Made by a program: the position numbers and the translations under genes. Positions 40,411-49,987 of a stretch of 64,000 nucleotides of DNA are shown here, one piece after another (within the stretch, counting starts at the first letter, position 1; each line of letters starts with the position of its first letter). The stretch is from Oscillospiraceae bacterium (GTDB lineage Bacteria > Bacillota > Clostridia > Oscillospirales > Acutalibacteraceae): positions 31,776 to 95,775 of the forward strand of contig SVPW01000002.1 of NCBI GenBank assembly GCA_015065645.1. The letters are read 5' to 3'. The notes beneath the pieces were generated by a model. It saw only the letters and a program-made list of their open reading frames with translations, had not been told where the DNA came from and searched no databases.

Positions 40411-42543
40411 TTAACGGTATTTAATCTCGGTGAATACTGTACCTATCCAACCGTAAACCTGCTGAGCAAGCATAAATACAAGGAAAATAAGGAACACGAT
40501 TATAAGCATTGCTATAACAGTAACAAATGTGGTTAAAAGGAATTTACCAAACTCAAAATCGTGAATTTTCATTATTCCCACTGCAATTATTATAAAGGTG
40601 TATGCTGTGCAGATAGTTTGGAATATGGTAACAAATACAAATTCATCGGGAGAAAGTATGTGTGAAAGACCAACACCGAAAATGGTTGCAAAAATGGTTG
40701 GTATTAAGCTATAACAGGCAACTATGTATATTTCTTTAAGCTTGCCTATACCGCCCATAAGCACGCAAACAAGCCAGTTTGCAATTACAAACAGTAAAAC
40801 CAATGCAACGGTTCTCAGCAGTACAAAGAAAGAGTTATAGCTTGAAGCATCAAATCGGTTAAAGGCATAACCTGATGCCACATCACTTACTGCGGCAGAA
40901 ATATAGAATAGTGCAAGTAAAACGGTAGCGCATACCACCGAACCCATATTCTTTTCTTTAACTAATCTGAAAGCTTCAAATGGATGGAATACACTTGAAA
41001 GCATATTCTTTACCTTATCGTTTTTGATAAGCACTATACCCTTTTTCTTCTTAAAGTGCAAAGCAATGAAAATTACCGCAATAATTATTAACAACCCTAA
41101 AAAGCCTACGGTAAACCATTCCTCTAAAAAGGCAGTTCTTAGCTTTACAAAGGCATTTGCATAGGTTTCTCTATCAGCACCAAGCTTTGAATACTCCAAT
41201 GCTTTGTCATATTCCCCCATGGTATAATAAGCCTTTGCAAGACCCCTATAAGCAAGCTGATTGTTAACATCGGTCTTTATAACCTCATTCCAAGTTTCTA
41301 CCGTTTGCTCAAAATCATCATTCAAGGTATCAATCTGAGCCAATCTTACTGTATTACCGTAATCGGTAATGGAATAAACGGTAATGTTTTTATTTACAGG
41401 GTCACTTACAATAACATCTGTTCCGTTTACCGCAATAGCTCCACCCAAAGCAACAGTTCCCTTTTGGCTTTGTGAGCCTGAATTTCCGCCAAAAACGCAG
41501 ATAAGATTGCTTTCCTCATCATACCAGAATATTCTATTCGAAAGGCCGCTTTCAAGAGCATAGAAAAAGCCATCCTTATCCACATCTATAGCTTTAAGGG
41601 ATTCGGGCTTAGCAAGCTTGGTGGCAATATCCGCAAAGTTATAATCCTCTTTACCAAGCACATCCTTACCACCGGGATTAAGCCTTTTTACCTGCCCTGT
41701 GGGAGTTTCCGTTCCACCTGTAGAGGTTACGGTATAAATAAAATCATTGGGTCCTACCACAAAATCGGTAAACTGATAAGGTAATGACCTTACCGATGCA
41801 GCTCTTTTTTCATCAGTAGAAAAAATGTTGTTAATAAAATTCTTTATTACATCCCCTACCGAAACCGCAACGGCATTTGCACCATAGAATCCTAAAAATT
41901 CCATTGTGGGAGAATAAACCAATGCTCCGTAATATGAACCGTCGCTTGAGATGTAAAGATAATCCCTTGAATCCACTGCAATTTTTTGCGGACTGTAATT
42001 AAAGTCTTTAGGTATCAGCTTGGATTCAGGCAAGGTAAGATAATGCAATACCTCACCTTTAATATTTATAACTAAAATTCTGGCATTTTTTGTATCAGCT
42101 ATATAAATTTTTTCATCCTTAACAAATATGCCCGAAGCCCCCACTATTGAAAGTGCTTCTCCGTTATAAATAATCTGATTTATTTCAACCTTTAGTTTAT
42201 AATTCTCATCAAGCACTAATACCTTATTTGATGTGCTGTCAAGAATATATGTATATCCGTTTGAGGCGCAAATATCATTAACACTTCCAAAAATAGCTGT
42301 GCCAAGTGTTGCACCGTCAATAACTGCTTGAGGCTTATACATAGGTTTACAATAAACCATTGTTTTGGTTTCGCTTCCCAAACCTTCCCAATAGGTATAG
42401 GTTGAAAACGAGGTCTCCTCCGTACCAACGGTAGATGTTTTGTATGAAGAGGCAGATACATTAGCGGAAAATACCGCACTCAAAAGTAATATCACCGCAA
42501 ACAGGAAAGCGAATAATTTAAAGCTTTTATTTTTTCTTAACAT
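40411..42543 (-). CDS. Signal peptide, six-bladed NHL-like beta-propeller, TPR-like segment and C-terminal Yip1-type polytopic membrane domain
   Basis: Six repeats of the pattern [IV]xxDxxxx[IF]Y[IV]xDxxNxx[IV] (e.g. GIFVKDEKIYIADTKNARILV). AYRGLAKAYYTMGEYDKALEY is TPR-like. The last ~240 aa contain 5-6 TM helices. Confidence 0.65.
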   Translation of the reverse strand: MLRKNKSFKLFAFLFAVILLLSAVFSANVSASSYKTSTVGTEETSFSTYTYWEGLGSETKTMVYCKPMYKPQAVIDGATLGTAIFGSVNDICASNGYTYILDSTSNKVLVLDENYKLKVEINQIIYNGEALSIVGASGIFVKDEKIYIADTKNARILVINIKGEVLHYLTLPESKLIPKDFNYSPQKIAVDSRDYLYISSDGSYYGALVYSPTMEFLGFYGANAVAVSVGDVIKNFINNIFSTDEKRAASVRSLPYQFTDFVVGPNDFIYTVTSTGGTETPTGQVKRLNPGGKDVLGKEDYNFADIATKLAKPESLKAIDVDKDGFFYALESGLSNRIFWYDEESNLICVFGGNSGSQSQKGTVALGGAIAVNGTDVIVSDPVNKNITVYSITDYGNTVRLAQIDTLNDDFEQTVETWNEVIKTDVNNQLAYRGLAKAYYTMGEYDKALEYSKLGADRETYANAFVKLRTAFLEEWFTVGFLGLLIIIAVIFIALHFKKKKGIVLIKNDKVKNMLSSVFHPFEAFRLVKEKNMGSVVCATVLLALFYISAAVSDVASGYAFNRFDASSYNSFFVLLRTVALVLLFVIANWLVCVLMGGIGKLKEIYIVACYSLIPTIFATIFGVGLSHILSPDEFVFVTIFQTICTAYTFIIIAVGIMKIHDFEFGKFLLTTFVTVIAMLIIVFLIFLVFMLAQQVYGWIGTVFTEIKYR

Positions 42544-42555
42544 ATCATCCGCCCC

Positions 42556-43455
42556 CTATCCCTTTATACCTGCACTACCCATTGTTTCTTTAATACTGCT
42601 TTGAGAAATTAAATAAACAAAAATGGGAGGTATCATCATAATTACGGTTGCTGCCATAGCCGCACCCGAACGTGCTATACCGCCGGAGCTTATTGTTGAC
42701 ATTACCGTAGGTAAGGTTTTTAAGGATTCATTGAATATAGTACCTGCAGGAATGGTTGCCCAAATGGACTGGAAAGCAAACAATACAAGGGTAAGCACGC
42801 AAGGCTTAACATTCGGGAATATAATACTCCAGAATATCCTCAAATAATTTGCACCGTCAATTTTAGATGCTTCAATCAGAGCATCGGGAATATATCCATC
42901 CATATACTGCTTCATAAGGAATACACCCATAGAAGAAGGTATAGCAGGCAAAATATAAACCCAATAGGAATCAATAATACCCATACCGTTATAAATAAGA
43001 TAACGAGGAATACTAAGTGTATAGGCATTAAACAAAAGCGATAACTGAATAATAAGAAATATAGTTTTCTTAAATTTCAAATCAATTTTTGAAAGCACAA
43101 ATGCCGCAGCAGTTGCCGCTAAAACATGCAACAGTGTACCTGCCACACTTATAAACAAGCTGTTTGTAACATAACGTGAAAGCGGAATATTAAGTCCCGA
43201 AATCAAATCAGGCAATGCCAAATAATTGTTAAATGTCGGTCTTTTTACCGTGAAAAGAGTTGGTGGAAAAACCAACAATTCATCAAGCGGCTTAAACGAA
43301 GTTGCCACACTGTAAACAAGCGGCAATACCGAAAAAGCACCAAACATAAACAGAAAAGCAAAAAATATAAAATTACCGAATTTAGAACGGGTATACTTAC
43401 GAACCGAACCCTCAGAACGCTGTGTGGACAGTTTTATTTTAAGTTTATTTTTCAT
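42556..43455 (-). CDS. Carbohydrate ABC transporter permease (MalG/LplC-type)
   Basis: 299 aa, EAA-loop region LIEASKIDGAN. Confidence 0.85.
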   Translation of the reverse strand: MKNKLKIKLSTQRSEGSVRKYTRSKFGNFIFFAFLFMFGAFSVLPLVYSVATSFKPLDELLVFPPTLFTVKRPTFNNYLALPDLISGLNIPLSRYVTNSLFISVAGTLLHVLAATAAAFVLSKIDLKFKKTIFLIIQLSLLFNAYTLSIPRYLIYNGMGIIDSYWVYILPAIPSSMGVFLMKQYMDGYIPDALIEASKIDGANYLRIFWSIIFPNVKPCVLTLVLFAFQSIWATIPAGTIFNESLKTLPTVMSTISSGGIARSGAAMAATVIMMIPPIFVYLISQSSIKETMGSAGIKG

Positions 43456-43456
43456 A

Positions 43457-44359
43457 TTACTGCCCCACCTTCTTCAATAACTTGACTATGAGTGTTCTTG
43501 TTCCGAACATCATAACAAAAAGCATTACCGAAAGTGCAGAAGCATAACCCATTTCGTATTTAACAGAACCTACATCCGTAAGATACGAAACAATAGTATC
43601 TGCTGCATAGCCAACAGTAGGATAGCCTGCAAGAGTGGTTATTATACTGCTTATAGAGAAGGCTGATGCTATCTGCATAACGGCGCTGAAAAGCAACATA
43701 TGCTGCATACCGGGCAAGGTTATATACCACAGCTCCTGCCAACGGTTTCTTATACCGTCAACCGCACCTGCTTCAAATAATTCAGGATTAATATTCTGCA
43801 AACCTGAAATATTTGCAAGGAATGATGTACCCATACTCATCCATAGCTGAATTATTACCACTATCGGAACTATAAGTGCTTCATCCGAAAACCACTGCTT
43901 TGGTGCTGTTATAAGACCCGCATCAAGCAAAAGACTGTTCATATAGCCGTAGCTATCGCTCGCAAAGATTATAGTCCAGACATAAAGTGCGTTTCCTACT
44001 AATGTTGGGACATAAAACATAAAGGAAAGCAATGTTCGCATTGCGGGTCTGAACTCATTTATCATCCAAGCCAAAACGAAAGAAAGTAAAAAACCTGCAG
44101 GGCCGGTTAAAATAGCCAAAACAAAGGTATTTTTCAGAATGGTTGGAAAAACATCATCCTGAATAATCATTCTTAAATAATTTTCAAGTCCTGCAAAGGA
44201 TGGCATTGATACCATATCAAAGTTAAAAAAGCTAAGTACAATAGAAGAAAGCACGGGCAATACCGTCATAAGAAAAAACAGCACTAAAAACGGTCCTATA
44301 AGCAGATAAATTTGTCCACGCTCTTTAATTACGGTCATTAATTTTTTCTTTTTCATCAT
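43457..44359 (-). CDS. Sugar ABC transporter permease (MalF/LplB-type)
   Basis: 300 aa, EAA-loop region LFEAGAVDGI. Confidence 0.85.
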   Translation of the reverse strand: MMKKKKLMTVIKERGQIYLLIGPFLVLFFLMTVLPVLSSIVLSFFNFDMVSMPSFAGLENYLRMIIQDDVFPTILKNTFVLAILTGPAGFLLSFVLAWMINEFRPAMRTLLSFMFYVPTLVGNALYVWTIIFASDSYGYMNSLLLDAGLITAPKQWFSDEALIVPIVVIIQLWMSMGTSFLANISGLQNINPELFEAGAVDGIRNRWQELWYITLPGMQHMLLFSAVMQIASAFSISSIITTLAGYPTVGYAADTIVSYLTDVGSVKYEMGYASALSVMLFVMMFGTRTLIVKLLKKVGQ

Positions 44360-44363
44360 AAAA

Positions 44364-47237
44364 TTAACCTCCGTAATTCTTATTAGCGTATTCTTTTATC
44401 TTACGCTGAATTTCTTTATCACTTGTAACCGACCAATCCATAATAGCTTCCTTAGCGGATTTTTTGCCGTTTTTAGTAGCCCAAAATGCTTGGTCTATAG
44501 AACGGGAAACATAATAGCTACCCGGAACTTCAGGAAGTTCTTTTACATTTTTCCATTGCTCTAAAATAACATCCAATGCCTCATCATCCCAAGAAAGACG
44601 GGATACTGCCTGCGGATTTGCAGAGCTTGTTCTGCCTGTTTCACCGATTATTGCCTCAACCTCTGCCGAATAACGGTACTGAGTATCAGCCGATACCCAC
44701 CACTTAACAAACTTCCAAGCGGCATCCTTTGCCTTACTTGATTTCATTATGGAAACGCCCGTACCTGAGCCTGCACAGGTATTATCTACCGTTCCGTCCT
44801 CCTTTAAAATACCGGGAATTGGTGCTATTGACCACTTACCCTGAATTTCGGGAGCACCAAGCTTTATTGTAAGATATTGGGTATAGCTTGCAATTCCCAA
44901 CGGTATTGTTCCCACACGGAATTTCTGATAAAAATTCGCATCCTGATCAAGGCTGTATTCGGTATAAAATTCTGTCCAGAATTTAAAAGCATCTATAGAT
45001 TCAGAGCTTGCAAGATTGGTTGCATTAAGCTCCTCATTATATACAGAAGCACCACGCTGCATAAGCATTGTGGGGAATATGGTAAGTCCTCCTGCCCCTA
45101 TATTTACCGTAAATGCCGCACCCAATTTTGTATACGGCAGATAGGTGTTCATCTTATTTCTCTGCAATATTCCTGTTACCGAAAGAAAGTCATCCCATGT
45201 TACGGGAACTTCAAGCTCTAAAGCCTTTAAAATATCTTTTCTATAAAACATTACAAAGAAATTTTGGGTATCAGGCAAAGCGTAGGTTCCGCCCTTATAC
45301 ATATAAGGAGCTTCTGCACCATCAAAGAAGTTATCCGCTAAAACCTTTTCATAATCATCAAATTCTTTAAGATTATAAAGCACCCCGCGCATTGCGAGGT
45401 TAACAGGCTCTGTTCTTGCCATATGTAGATATAAATCAGGTGAATTACCCGATATTACACCCTGAACCAAAGAAGCATTAACCTGCTCAACCGTTACATT
45501 TACATCATTATTAGGTGTAAAGCTATCCTGAATAAGGGAATTTAAAACCTTAACCTGATCTCTACCCCAGTTTACCCATATTTTTATTGAGGGTAGACTT
45601 TCATCATCACTACTGCTGATAGAAGAGGAATTTGTCATATATGAATCGGCATATCTCATAAGAAAGAATTTGAAGCCCTCAAAAAATCCTGCTTCGGGAG
45701 TTTTAAACTCCTTATCGGGAGCTGCCAAAATAATTTGGTCAACAGAAAGTGACATGTTTTTAATATCGTAAAGCCATGCACTTAATGTTTGCTGTGCGGA
45801 ATAAAAGCTTGATACCTGCAAATGTGCATCATAAACATTATCGGTCATTTCTTTTATAATGCGTGCCATATTTTTGAGTGCACCGTTAAGCTCACCGTTT
45901 ACTTTAAGATCAGTGCCAATATCTGCCATTAAAGCATTTATCTGATCATAGGAATCATTTAAAACCGCTTCAAAATCCGGGATTTGATTATGCAATTCAT
46001 AATCACGGTTTGCATCGGGATTTTCTCCCGTTATCATAACTATATCAAGATAAAGCTCACCTAAAGGACTTACTATTTGCTGAAGTCTGCCAAAAACCTC
46101 TGCAATATCAAAAAGAGTTACCGAAAGCGAAAGCTCATGCTCACCCTTTGTAAGATAAATGAGATAATCCTTATTTTTACCATCATTAAACTCCTTAAAC
46201 TGCCAATCGGTAGAATAAGGAAAGCTTATATTGCCCGCTTCTTCAAATGGGGTTTTACCGTCAATTTTAAGGAGGCGGTAAACCTCACCATCGGTAACAT
46301 AGCTTTGCTTAAAGGCTATACCAAGCTTATACAAACCATCCTTTGGAACATTTACCTTCCATGTAATTTCAGAACCTGTATTATTCCAGGTTGTTCCGCC
46401 TATATGATTAATAACGGAGTTTACAGCGCTTGACGGAGAAATATCCGCTGTGCTTTGATCGCTTTTTGCAGAAAGTGAATATGCGTTTTTATAGCAAGCA
46501 TTCTCACCCTCTATTACAATCTGTTCGCCATCATATTTCTCATAATTGCCATACTGCTTTGAAACCTCACTATAAGGCTTAACCTCATCAGGTGGAAGCA
46601 AGCTAACCTTTTCAAGCAAGAATTCCTTACCGCAAGATTCTATTCTTATGGTATGTTCACCTGCAGAAAGCATAAATTCATAAGGGATAAGCTCTATTCC
46701 CTCATCATCGGTTATCTTTTGAAAATAAAAGCCATCCTTATGCTTTTGAAGCGAGCATACCTGATCCCCGTTTGTAAGGGTTCTGATTTCACCCTCATCC
46801 TCCCACAAAGCTCTTAAAATAAGCTCTTCGCAGTCAGAAAACGGTGTTTCACCGTCTATTTTAAGGGAAAACTTATAATTTTCCGTTACATCATCCAAAG
46901 GTGAAAAGGAAAGTGCAATATTATAAGCGCCATCTTTGGGAACATTGAGTGAAAACTCAACGGCATCTCCTTTAGCCAACTTATAAGCTTCACCTTCTGA
47001 AAGATACTGTGAGCCCAAAATACACGACTGTGCGTTAAGCTCTATCATCTCCGCAGCCTTTTCAAAGTTTTTTTCCGATTTATAAAGGCGGTATTCACTG
47101 TTATACTCTACTTTTCCAAATGAAGCCGAGTAATCTTCATCATATTCATCAGAGGATATGCCGGAAATCACGGAATATAAAGAAAATATTAAAGCAAATG
47201 CCAATACATATACCGCAATTTTTTTAAACCTGCTCAT
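44364..47237 (-). CDS. Membrane-anchored giant solute-binding protein: two CBM-like modules, a helical linker and a family-1 SBP domain
   Basis: Start at the ATG preceded by AAGGAGG (MSRFKKIAVYVLAF, an N-terminal TM helix). Duplicated modules: GDAVEFSLNVPKDGAYNIALSF...LKIDGETPF and GSEITWKVNVPKDGLYKLGIAF...LKIDGKTPF. The C-terminal ~420 aa are SBP-like. Confidence 0.7.
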   Translation of the reverse strand: MSRFKKIAVYVLAFALIFSLYSVISGISSDEYDEDYSASFGKVEYNSEYRLYKSEKNFEKAAEMIELNAQSCILGSQYLSEGEAYKLAKGDAVEFSLNVPKDGAYNIALSFSPLDDVTENYKFSLKIDGETPFSDCEELILRALWEDEGEIRTLTNGDQVCSLQKHKDGFYFQKITDDEGIELIPYEFMLSAGEHTIRIESCGKEFLLEKVSLLPPDEVKPYSEVSKQYGNYEKYDGEQIVIEGENACYKNAYSLSAKSDQSTADISPSSAVNSVINHIGGTTWNNTGSEITWKVNVPKDGLYKLGIAFKQSYVTDGEVYRLLKIDGKTPFEEAGNISFPYSTDWQFKEFNDGKNKDYLIYLTKGEHELSLSVTLFDIAEVFGRLQQIVSPLGELYLDIVMITGENPDANRDYELHNQIPDFEAVLNDSYDQINALMADIGTDLKVNGELNGALKNMARIIKEMTDNVYDAHLQVSSFYSAQQTLSAWLYDIKNMSLSVDQIILAAPDKEFKTPEAGFFEGFKFFLMRYADSYMTNSSSISSSDDESLPSIKIWVNWGRDQVKVLNSLIQDSFTPNNDVNVTVEQVNASLVQGVISGNSPDLYLHMARTEPVNLAMRGVLYNLKEFDDYEKVLADNFFDGAEAPYMYKGGTYALPDTQNFFVMFYRKDILKALELEVPVTWDDFLSVTGILQRNKMNTYLPYTKLGAAFTVNIGAGGLTIFPTMLMQRGASVYNEELNATNLASSESIDAFKFWTEFYTEYSLDQDANFYQKFRVGTIPLGIASYTQYLTIKLGAPEIQGKWSIAPIPGILKEDGTVDNTCAGSGTGVSIMKSSKAKDAAWKFVKWWVSADTQYRYSAEVEAIIGETGRTSSANPQAVSRLSWDDEALDVILEQWKNVKELPEVPGSYYVSRSIDQAFWATKNGKKSAKEAIMDWSVTSDKEIQRKIKEYANKNYGG

Positions 47238-47267
47238 CCGATTTACCTCCTTATCCAAATGATCTAC

Positions 47268-47304
47268 CGATTTAATTCCAAGAAAAACTTGGAATTAAAT
47301 CGGA
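47268..47304. repeat. 16-bp perfect-stem hairpin between the GH16 and giant SBP genes
   Basis: ccgatttaattccaag aaaaa cttggaattaaatcgg. No U-run follows it on the transcribed (minus) strand. Confidence 0.85.
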
Positions 47305-47320
47305 AAACAATAAAAATCAC

Positions 47321-49972
47321 TTACTTTTTTGCCTTTAAGGAATACTGTCGTGAATTTATTTGATACAAACGAATATAGTCTATAAGCTGTTCTTCGTAAA
47401 AATCCTCTATGTTAACCTTACCGTCACCATTGGTATCAAACAGCTTTGCAGCTTCATTTGGAGCTACATTTCCTCCTGCAAGCCAATTTCCCGGAGCACG
47501 ACCGGCTGCATAGGTAGCAGAAGGTGCTGTATTATTGAAAATAACATAGGTGGTTTCCTCAAATGCATACCAAACATCACTTGTAATTTCCTGAGAAAGA
47601 TAAATTTCACCATCTAAATACATATTTATAAATTCAGGGGTCCACTCCAAAGCAAGATGATGGAATGTATCGCTGAAGGTTTCACCTGCAGCAGGCACAC
47701 AGGTTTCTCTTAAAGAAATCATTTTTCCGTGATCGGTATGAGTATCAGCCCATGTATGTAAATTTGGTCTTAATTTATCTTCACCAAAGTTCTCATAAAT
47801 ATCTATTTCATTTACAACACTGCCGCCATCCTTGGTTCTTGTCCAGAAGCAGGCCGCATTGCCGTTAGATGTAGATGCCATTATACGGGCTTCCAATATA
47901 CCGTAACGGAACTCCATTCGACCATCAGTACAAATAATATTTCCACTGTAACCATTAACCTCTTTTTTGGAAATCTGAACCAGCATATTATCCCTGATAA
48001 CAGAATTTGTACCTAAGTTCTTTATAGTTCCCTCTTGTACATAATTAGGATTGCTTGCCTGCACCCAAGGACCGCCAAAATCATTATTGGGGTCATCATC
48101 TTCAAGTGATGCCTTTGATGCAAGATAATACGGGTCATTTTTTGCATACCAGCAACCCTCATCCTCGGTATAACCCTTTTCCATTACCTTCCAATTCTTT
48201 TTGCTCATAGTAGTACCGGAAGATGAATAAAACTCATCACCCCAGGTATACGCATAATCATTAAGCAGTGTATATTCACCCTTATTATAGCTACCGCTTA
48301 AAACGGTGTTCTTATCAAATACTGCCACCTTATCAAGCTGAGTAATAAGCTTTGAAACAGCATGACTTGCAGCATAATCACTGCCTGCTTCCACAAAAAG
48401 CTTTGAGCCATCCACAAAGATATTGTAATCTTCATTATTATAGGTGTGCCCCCTCTTTCCCGTGAGGAAATCCAATGAGGAAGCTTTAAAGGTATCACCC
48501 GAAATTCCCGAGCGTGTGGTAAGACCAATCAATATCTCATTTGATGTGGTTACGGTATCCTTTTCGATTTTCAGGTTATAACCTGTTTTTTTAACCACAT
48601 ATTCCACAAGTGATTCGGCAGCCTTTACCGTCATAATAGAAGGATATTTTTCGGTTCTGATAGTATAAGCGGCAATATTGGTATCACCGATTATTATATT
48701 TGCAAGCTTAGGTCTTGAAACATATTTTAAATTTGCAGGAATACTATCCTTATCGGTTTTGCAGTAGTTTGCCATAAAGTAATCTACCGCCAATTTCAAG
48801 GAATAATCTGTATTTGCGGCAATAATAAGCTTTTTGCCATCCATACGAATAATAAAATCTGCACCGTTATTAGCACGGTAGGATGTAAGCTCTTTATATG
48901 CCTTTGCCGATTCCTTGCGGTTAGTAAGACCTATCAGAAGCTCGTACTCATTTTCAGCCAAAGTATCGTTATCAAAAAGAACATCCGCTTCAAAAACATC
49001 TACCATATGCTTGCGCAGTTTGGTAAATATCTGCTTTTGGGTAACGGTGGAATCGGTGGGATAAACGATTCTGAAGCGTGAATCATAACCATTCATAAGA
49101 GAAATAGGTTCATTTTTATTGCCCGAAGTATCGTTATCTTCATCATCGGTATCGGTTTCATCCTCTGATTGCTGGTCATCATCTTCATTAAGCTGTGCAT
49201 CAAGCTTCATGGTAATAAAGAACAAATCGCCCTCATTAACCTCAATATCGGGAATATCGGGATATTCAAGCTCGGTAACTGCAGTGCCGTCACCCGCTGT
49301 AGAATTACAAAATTCTCCCGACCACACTTCACGGGTATTTACAATAAACTTTATAACTGCACTTCTGTTAGTGCCATCCTCAGCCAAAAAGCCTGTTTTT
49401 ACACCGCCAACGCTTTTGATTGCAGTTATTTTACCCGAAGGTATGCCAATAGTTCCGCTTTCGGTAATTTGCAGGCAAAGGGCTTCCTCCTCTTTGCCCG
49501 ATACCGAAAGCAATATACCTGCCGCAGTAGGCTTTTCTCCTTGATAGGTGGTAAGCTTTGCCGCTTTTGTGGTATAAGGCATAATAGAAACAGTTCCGTC
49601 ATTCATGAATGAATATGCGCTTAGCTTATCGGTGGAAATATAACCGCCGTTACGCCATTTTTCAAGGCCGTATATGCCACGCTTTTTCCAATCTTCACCT
49701 GTTTTATATGCCCATAACCAATCGGTATCATCCGAAAGGGATGTGAGTGTTGCCGCCTTTTGGTCGGCACTCATTGCATTCTTTATATCGTTAAATGCAA
49801 TTTTATTATTGCCCTCTTCATAAGCCAAAATAGGATTCATTGCCACAACAAGCTGTGGCTTTCTCTCCTGCTTAGAAGTGGGATTTTTTACTACCTGCTT
49901 TGAACCGCAGCCTGAAAAGGCGGAAACGGTTAAAACAAGTATTAATATTAATGAAATTATTCTGTTTTTCAT
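47321..49972 (-). CDS. GH16 endo-glucanase/glycanase lipoprotein with a long N-terminal region
   Basis: Lipobox SAFSGC; acidic linker; two copies of an ILIGL...DGxKLxIxAxxDYxxxxAV domain; C-terminal GH16 domain with NEIDIYENFG (ExDxxE, beta-bulge type). Confidence 0.8.
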   Translation of the reverse strand: MKNRIISLILILVLTVSAFSGCGSKQVVKNPTSKQERKPQLVVAMNPILAYEEGNNKIAFNDIKNAMSADQKAATLTSLSDDTDWLWAYKTGEDWKKRGIYGLEKWRNGGYISTDKLSAYSFMNDGTVSIMPYTTKAAKLTTYQGEKPTAAGILLSVSGKEEEALCLQITESGTIGIPSGKITAIKSVGGVKTGFLAEDGTNRSAVIKFIVNTREVWSGEFCNSTAGDGTAVTELEYPDIPDIEVNEGDLFFITMKLDAQLNEDDDQQSEDETDTDDEDNDTSGNKNEPISLMNGYDSRFRIVYPTDSTVTQKQIFTKLRKHMVDVFEADVLFDNDTLAENEYELLIGLTNRKESAKAYKELTSYRANNGADFIIRMDGKKLIIAANTDYSLKLAVDYFMANYCKTDKDSIPANLKYVSRPKLANIIIGDTNIAAYTIRTEKYPSIMTVKAAESLVEYVVKKTGYNLKIEKDTVTTSNEILIGLTTRSGISGDTFKASSLDFLTGKRGHTYNNEDYNIFVDGSKLFVEAGSDYAASHAVSKLITQLDKVAVFDKNTVLSGSYNKGEYTLLNDYAYTWGDEFYSSSGTTMSKKNWKVMEKGYTEDEGCWYAKNDPYYLASKASLEDDDPNNDFGGPWVQASNPNYVQEGTIKNLGTNSVIRDNMLVQISKKEVNGYSGNIICTDGRMEFRYGILEARIMASTSNGNAACFWTRTKDGGSVVNEIDIYENFGEDKLRPNLHTWADTHTDHGKMISLRETCVPAAGETFSDTFHHLALEWTPEFINMYLDGEIYLSQEITSDVWYAFEETTYVIFNNTAPSATYAAGRAPGNWLAGGNVAPNEAAKLFDTNGDGKVNIEDFYEEQLIDYIRLYQINSRQYSLKAKK

Positions 49973-49987
49973 TTAAACCGCTCCTCC

